From positions 1 through 41,471 of the forward strand of contig JAAPAO010000301.1 of the NCBI GenBank assembly GCA_013115145.1: DNA of 41,471 nucleotides, written 5' to 3'. The stretch comes from Perkinsus chesapeaki ATCC PRA-425. Its lineage: Eukaryota > Protista > Perkinsozoa. The notes under the pieces were generated by a model that saw only the letters and a list, made by a program, of their open reading frames with translations, made no database searches and had not been told where the DNA came from. Shown here in pieces: positions 35,532 to 41,471 of this stretch (the first letter of the stretch is position 1; each line of letters opens with the position of its first letter). The position numbers were made by a program, and so were the translations under genes.

Positions 35532-35987
35532 ATGCTTCATCGAGTTGTCTCCGTCGCTCTTGTTGGTTTGGTTTATTCGACTGATTGGAATTACTGCCAA
35601 GAATTATGCGAACAAACTGAAGGTTGCCCGAACTACAAGTGGGGTTCCTATTGTAAGGGTAACGGTGTTTGCTTTGGTCTACTGCAACTAACCGAGGATC
35701 AGTACTGCTTCGAGCCTACTGATATGTACTACTCGTTTGACTGCAACGATCAAGTACTTGATCCGGTTCCTTGCCCTGTTGTTGACAAGACATGTTCCGA
35801 TCTTTGTGATGAGACCCCCAAGTGCAAGAACTCTAAGTATGGTTCCTACTGTAAGAGCTATGTGAATCAGCCTGGTCCTTATGTCTGCTTCGGCCTCTAT
35901 CACTCTGATGGCCCTCATCTTTGCTTTCAACCCGTCGATGGTGATTGTGATGGTACTCCCGTGTTATGCCCAAGTCAAGTTGACTGA
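35532..35987 (+). CDS. Secreted Cys-rich two-domain protein, subtype B copy 2 (151 aa)
   Basis: Mature sequence identical to 30230-30685 at protein level. Confidence 0.92.
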   Translation: MLHRVVSVALVGLVYSTDWNYCQELCEQTEGCPNYKWGSYCKGNGVCFGLLQLTEDQYCFEPTDMYYSFDCNDQVLDPVPCPVVDKTCSDLCDETPKCKNSKYGSYCKSYVNQPGPYVCFGLYHSDGPHLCFQPVDGDCDGTPVLCPSQVD

Positions 35988-36456
35988 GTGGATAACCCTT
36001 TCGTTTTTACGTCTAATTGAAACTAATGTTTCTACAAGTCTATCGCTCATGCGATTCTGATATTTAATAAGCCAGTCTGGCAAACAAGTTACCGCTCGTG
36101 CGAGGTTGATCTATCCTGTTGTCGTTGAGTTGATCTTGATGAGTTCGGACGACTTTCATAATTAGGTTATAGATGATGAATCACCATTGTTATCATTAGG
36201 AGAGGAGCTGCTCAGGAGCATGATGCGTCTCTTTCCACCATGGGCATCATCCGTGGAATTGCGACCCAAGTTATCGATTCTGCCATGTAACTATATAATT
36301 CTACTCTAGACGGTACAATATTGGATATTACTAGAACGCTGTAATGCTTTCAACTTCATCAGTTAGCATGCTATACGCAGAACTCTTCAATCAAATGGGG
36401 GAAAGCCCGAAATATTTATAAAGTAAACGAGATGGTAAACAAGATCTCCGTGCCCT

Positions 36457-39400
36457 TCATCTGACAACGGATCTTGAACGAGCTCTCAGCTTTCGAGTAT
36501 TCTGTTGTTGGTTACCATCAGTAAAGGTGTTCGGCACTTGATGACACCATTGACATGTAAAGCTAGCATCAAGCTGTCGTCCAGGCATCCGTGCTAGCGG
36601 ACCGGCGGCATCACGGGAAGCTCTCGCCTTCACTGCGTCTTTTACACCGACAACTCCGCTATGTGCTGTGTTACCGCAGCAGATAAGGTCAAATTTGCCC
36701 CTGACTGAGCCCTCGCTACTGGAGCTGCACAGTTTTCGCCAGTCCGATCTGTAGGATGCAGCGCTGCCTTTCGGCCTTGCATATGGATCCACACAGAAAG
36801 AGAACACACCATTGAGCATATCGGGGACGTAGTCTTTCAGCAAGGCTGATGATTCTTCCAAACATGGATTCGAGTTTACTTCGATTAGCCACACACCACC
36901 ATTTTCGTCTATCATGAAGTCATACCCAAATATTTGGAAAGAGTTGCTGTTGGGCGACCGAAACTGTTTTAGCGTCGCGTGCAGTGACACCGCCATTGCT
37001 CGGTACATCGCCAATCGCATGCTCCCGTGAACGTCTAGTTTTGCGGGGCATCCAGGATTCCCGGCGTTCGCATCAGCGTAGGCTTGCAGCTCATCAAATG
37101 ACATCTGATTGCCGTCCTCAAACTGACCGTAATTTGCTCCATGTTTCTGTATAGCGTTATTGCATAAGTGCATCATCTTATCGCCTTCCCCATCCCTTCT
37201 TGAAGCGTCGTAAGGAACCTGCCAAAGCGCAGCTTGAATACGTAAAGGCGGATAGGACGATACCGATGCGGTCCTTATATATCCTTCTCTATAGCAATAT
37301 GCATGAAGAGTTGGTGTTAATACAACCCACATACGGATGTCGAACTTCCTATTGTTGATGAGCATCGGCCTGTCAATATATCTGCCAGTCAACTATGAAA
37401 CTGAAGAGGACAGTGTATGCCCACTTCTGTAGGACCCAGTCAGTGGGGGTGCCTTTGTTTGCCTTATTATTTCCTCCTTTGCTTGAGGAGCACTTCTGCG
37501 TGTCACCAGCTGCGGACCTGTCGCATTCCATTCAGTGCGCTTTCATCCCATGGTCTCCGCAGGCCCGATCGCGTCTCCAATTTGGCTTACTTGTCATTTC
37601 TCGCGACTTGTCCCCCCTCCACAGAAGTATTCTCACCATCGTTCTTGGGCGACGATGAACTACTCGCAGCCGTAGATGCTACACTATCAGACCTGAAACT
37701 GACAGAGTGGCCGACACTGATGACCAATATCCCTCACCTCGATCTGACGGCAATATCTTGCTCTATCTTGGTATCAGCTTTGGACTGCTCACGGATGGTC
37801 GAAGATCTGAATTCAAAAACGTACGGTACTAGATTTCTTAAGCCTTACTGCTTTCGTTTTGCCTTTATAACAGGTTCAACACTCATGCTTCGAGCTCGAC
37901 GTAAATCACCGGGCATCTGAAGAAGAAGCGATAACTTTGTGGCGAGGAGCGCCTCACATCAACAAATTCGGGTATGACGCCTCGGCGCAACAGCCTGTGA
38001 TGAGGGCCATTGTTCTTGAACACCGCCTGTCGTAGCTCTGCTGGTGTTCGAATGACCTGATAAAGATTCTAATCAGGTAAACTAGAGAGCGTCTACTTTG
38101 ATTCCTCGACCGCGACTGAGGGCTGCTGGCTTCAGCATCCACTGAGGGTCGATATCCCCAGACTCTGGGACGAAACTCGCCGGCATCGAGTAGCAAATGG
38201 TGAGATTGGATGGTAAGCTGGACACGTCAGAGGAGCGGCTTGTGACCTATCAACATAGGGTCATGCAGGAAGCTGACCGCGGTAGCTTACTAGACGGGAT
38301 ACAGTTGGAGAATGGTCCGTAGGAAGCAGGAATCGATTGGTACCGACGCACAGACTGCTAGGGACGAGAACCTGCAGAGTCGGGCGGTTGCTGCGGGAGC
38401 AAGTGTCACTTATGCTCACATTGATATCCCTATTTTTATTGCTCAATCTCTCGTTCTTTACTTCAGTGCTTCCACCTCGTGAGCGAACCTGTTAAATCAG
38501 TGAAGATCCCAATTGTCATCGATGCCTCCACCTTTGTCATGATTTCCGTTGCTAATAGAAAGTCCTCAATCCCGAATGGCGTTGCCATCGGACCAACGTA
38601 ATCAATACGCTTCAGTGATACGATGATCGAGACAGGAACGATCTGCTACAACTGCGATTATGGACACTGGCTTCTGCCTACCTCCCATAGATTGATGTCG
38701 ACCTCCGCACAGTATCTAGCTAGGTTCCGCAGGAGTGCCGCTTTTGTGCCTAAGTCCAGTTCATTCAGCCTAGTCTATTCTAGGCCTTACATAGCTCGTG
38801 GCAGCCCCCGAAGTAATTGACCAGTTGCGGCTGGCATATTGCTGTACCACCCAAATCATGAGCATTGGCCATTCGCCGGAGGGTCTCCGTGGCATTTGGA
38901 AGGCTCTGTTTCCACTTGAGATTGAACATGCCTAACAGTGTCGGCTCAAGACCACTCCGACCGATGCAATTCCTACTGTAGCAAAACTCAGAGTAGCTGG
39001 CTTGACTTGTCACCACAACCCTCCACCAGGGCCGATTCGCTTTCATCATTCTTTCTATTGCACTATGATTATTGCCAGCGCAGAGCACGAGGCTGTAGCA
39101 GGTGCCTGGATGATAGCTGCCAAGCCTTGAGGATAGCAAGTGTCAATTTACCTTCAACGTGTTGAATAGCATCGTCATAGCTCAGAATGTGCCCTGAACG
39201 ACAACAGCCCGCATACGCATCGACACCAATATATTGTGCAGTGTACCTGGAGCCAGGCTATCAGATCCCTCCTCCCAAGCCAAGGCTGACAGTATGGCAG
39301 CTCTGTTCTTTGAAAAAGGTATGTCAGTATCGGTATAGGTCCAGCTTCGACCAACTGATCTTGTCCTCCTCACAGATTCCTTCACCATGTCATTCGTGTG

Positions 39401-40056
39401 GGCAGCCTCTTTGCCTTGATTAGTGCTTGTACTCGATTGCTTCTGATCATCTAGCCTAGGCAGCCTTCCTTCATCACACCTTTCTTCAAGACTACCACGT
39501 TGCTTGCGGTGATGCTTGGATGTATTATCTAAAGAGATCGTCTATAGCGCAAACATGCGTGTGGCACACACCATCAGTTCGCTGAGTGCCTTGCCGCCTC
39601 CGCTCAAGTAGCGGACAGCCTCTAACAGCCCTCGACGTAGGTGCTTCAAATGATGGTCGTTCGTAAACTAACGTGGATGCTCGTCTCTGAAACAGTAAGT
39701 CGGGTGCTCTTCTAATCTTGAGTAAAGATACCATAGCAAGTGGTTGGACTATTCCCGCCACTTCGAGCCTGCTCCTGCCGTTGGTGGTCGTCTCTCGAGG
39801 CGTAAATGACGATAGCGATGTTCGACCGCGGTGAATGCCTAAATGATAGTTTTAGGTGCTCATATGTTTCGGACTGACCGGCAAATCTAGAAGTGTTTAT
39901 CGCGAGGGTTTTAGGGAGCGCTGGTTTGCCACCGTACACTCTAGGGATTGTTGACCGACGCGTTACGGCGTTAGTGTCGTTGGTGATGTTATCGTTAGAT
40001 GGTTGAGTTGATGATTGGTTTAATGAAGACACCGAGGGTATGCTGCTGATAAGCAT
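36457..40056 (-). CDS. Tubulin-tyrosine-ligase-like (TTLL) protein, probably glycylase (TTLL3/8-type) subfamily, multi-exon
   Basis: GNNHSAIERMMKANRPWW, QLVNYF, WMLKPAALSRGRGIK (about 38097-38141), WVLQ^KYIDRPMLINNRKFDIRMWV, HLCNNAIQK and FQIFGYDFMIDENGGVWLIEVNSNPCL. Start and a possible extra 3' exon near 36170-36290 are uncertain. Confidence 0.88.
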
Positions 40057-40200
40057 CTCAGCAGTACACCCACAACAACGACAAGAACGGGTCCTATGAG
40101 AGGATAAGATTGACGACACAAGATGCAATGGAGAATAGGAAGAAACTGGTACGTAGAGGAGGATGATGATAATATACAGCAGTGGTGGAGGAGGAGGCAA

Positions 40201-41471
40201 CTAAAGCCACGATCCCAAAGAGCTGCTTTCTTTGATCTCTCGTTGGTTCTGTCGAGCGTCTCGTGACTTCTGTACATTCGGCTTTGCCTTGTTCTTGGTA
40301 CGCAGCTGGCGATTAACCTAAGCATTAACAGCAACTACAAGAGGCACAAGTAGCATCGGATGGCCATTTCGTATTCAGTCTGCCGAGCTTACCTTCGCAC
40401 GAACGTCTTTCTCCTGAGGCTTCCGTCGCTGCTTCCTAAGAACGTGATTCTGGCTCTTAATAACTCGACGTTTCTCTTCTCTGTCTTCCCATTCAGATGC
40501 CGTTGACTGCCATTGAAAATAACCAGCATACACAGGGCAATAACTCACTCCTTGATCCTCATCTGCTTCGGCATCATCCTCTTCCTTGCCCTCACCAGCG
40601 CTTTCCTTGTTCGCCACTGTGTCATTCTGCAGCTCGGCCAGGAGGCTCTCAAGAGACTCGTCGGCTTCAGTGAGCTCCGGGCACTCCTCTTCATCTAGCT
40701 CTGCGAAGGCCTGAGTTCCGACACTTCCCAGCAGCCTGTGGCTTCTTCGTACTGCGCAGCTATCCATAAGGAGCTTGTCCTCGCCCTCGCTCAACACACT
40801 GTCGAGATTGATACCTTCCACCTTGGTCTTGGCACGGTATACAGGAAGGACATCCTCTTCGAAAGAGGGCACAGTGTCGACAACGTACTTGTGGTTTTTG
40901 GCAAAGTAGGTTGCTATGCAGTTGACATCTCTGAGAGGGCGGCATAGTGACGAGCACGAGAGGGCGGCAAGTCGGGCTACCTTTCAAAGATACGCTTGGC
41001 ATCTGGATGCTCGACGGAGAGAACTTGCGGGAAATCTATGACGTAGACCTCGTAGTCCTCGACTTCACTGAGCTCGTCCAAAGGGTCAATTCGACTGAGG
41101 GATGAGGGCAGTGCCGGCATGTTGCATTAAGCTAGAGCAACCTACACTGTCCGTATAAGAAGATTAAACTCGTTGAAGTCTCCGTGGATAACACCACTCT
41201 GGGCTATGCTCAGCAATAGTGACCTGATGGAAGAGAGCCCATGTGAGAGATGCTTTGGTCATAGAGAAGGCCAAAGTGCGGCTTATAACCGCGACCACCA
41301 TTTGACTGGGAGAACATAGGCACCCAGAAGAGTCCGAATGAGGAGCTCGAGGCAGCGAAGTCGCGGCCGCGCCTTCGCGACAGCTCTACGGGATCCATTT
41401 TTTAGCTCCTCCCGACAGTTTATGGGGCCAAGCGGTATGCTTCGTTTGGCGGCATTTTTATTAACTAGACG
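40201..41471 (-). CDS. RIO2: RIO2-type atypical kinase, 5' part outside the window
   Basis: Catalytic loop GVIHGDFNEFNLLI (41163-41189), VIDFPQVLSVEHPDAKRIFER, acidic linker, and basic tail ending ...SSLGSWL* at 40201. Confidence 0.88.

Noticed and set aside
27102-35987. Repeated sequences as CRISPR array or LTRs
   Set aside because: The repeats are whole protein-coding paralogs, with no repeat-spacer periodicity and no internal gag-pol.
1-41471. Spliced-leader RNA gene or relict SL copies
   Set aside because: No match to the CCGTAGCCAT(C/T)TTGGCTCAAG leader was seen on manual scan.

Overview
Compact, intron-rich eukaryotic DNA with many GT-AG introns of about 42-51 nt and short intergenic gaps. 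It is most likely a perkinsid alveolate (Perkinsus-like); this is an inference from gene structure and gene families. Many short ORFs in the supplied track are exons or antisense shadows, so genes were rebuilt by manual splicing. Left end (minus strand): an unknown gene and a TBC Rab-GAP. A roughly 32 kb block of plus-strand genes follows: U2AF65-like RRM protein, several hypotheticals, RING-H2 protein, EF-hand protein, GST-domain protein with a long disordered region and a spliced His-rich tail, type I L-asparaginase whose spliced C-terminus ends in SKL, small RRM protein, HNH/His-Cys-box-like protein, and five secreted Cys-rich proteins (four are one intronless two-domain family in two subtypes). 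Right end (minus strand): a TTL-like tubulin ligase and a 5'-truncated RIO2 kinase. The main leads are the secreted Cys-rich family with signs of gene conversion and a shared 46-bp TGCATGCA element, the GST/IDR/His-tail fusion, the splice-dependent PTS1, the HNH-derived gene, and a roughly 75-bp-arm inverted repeat. No rRNA, tRNA, CRISPR array or intact mobile element was recognised.
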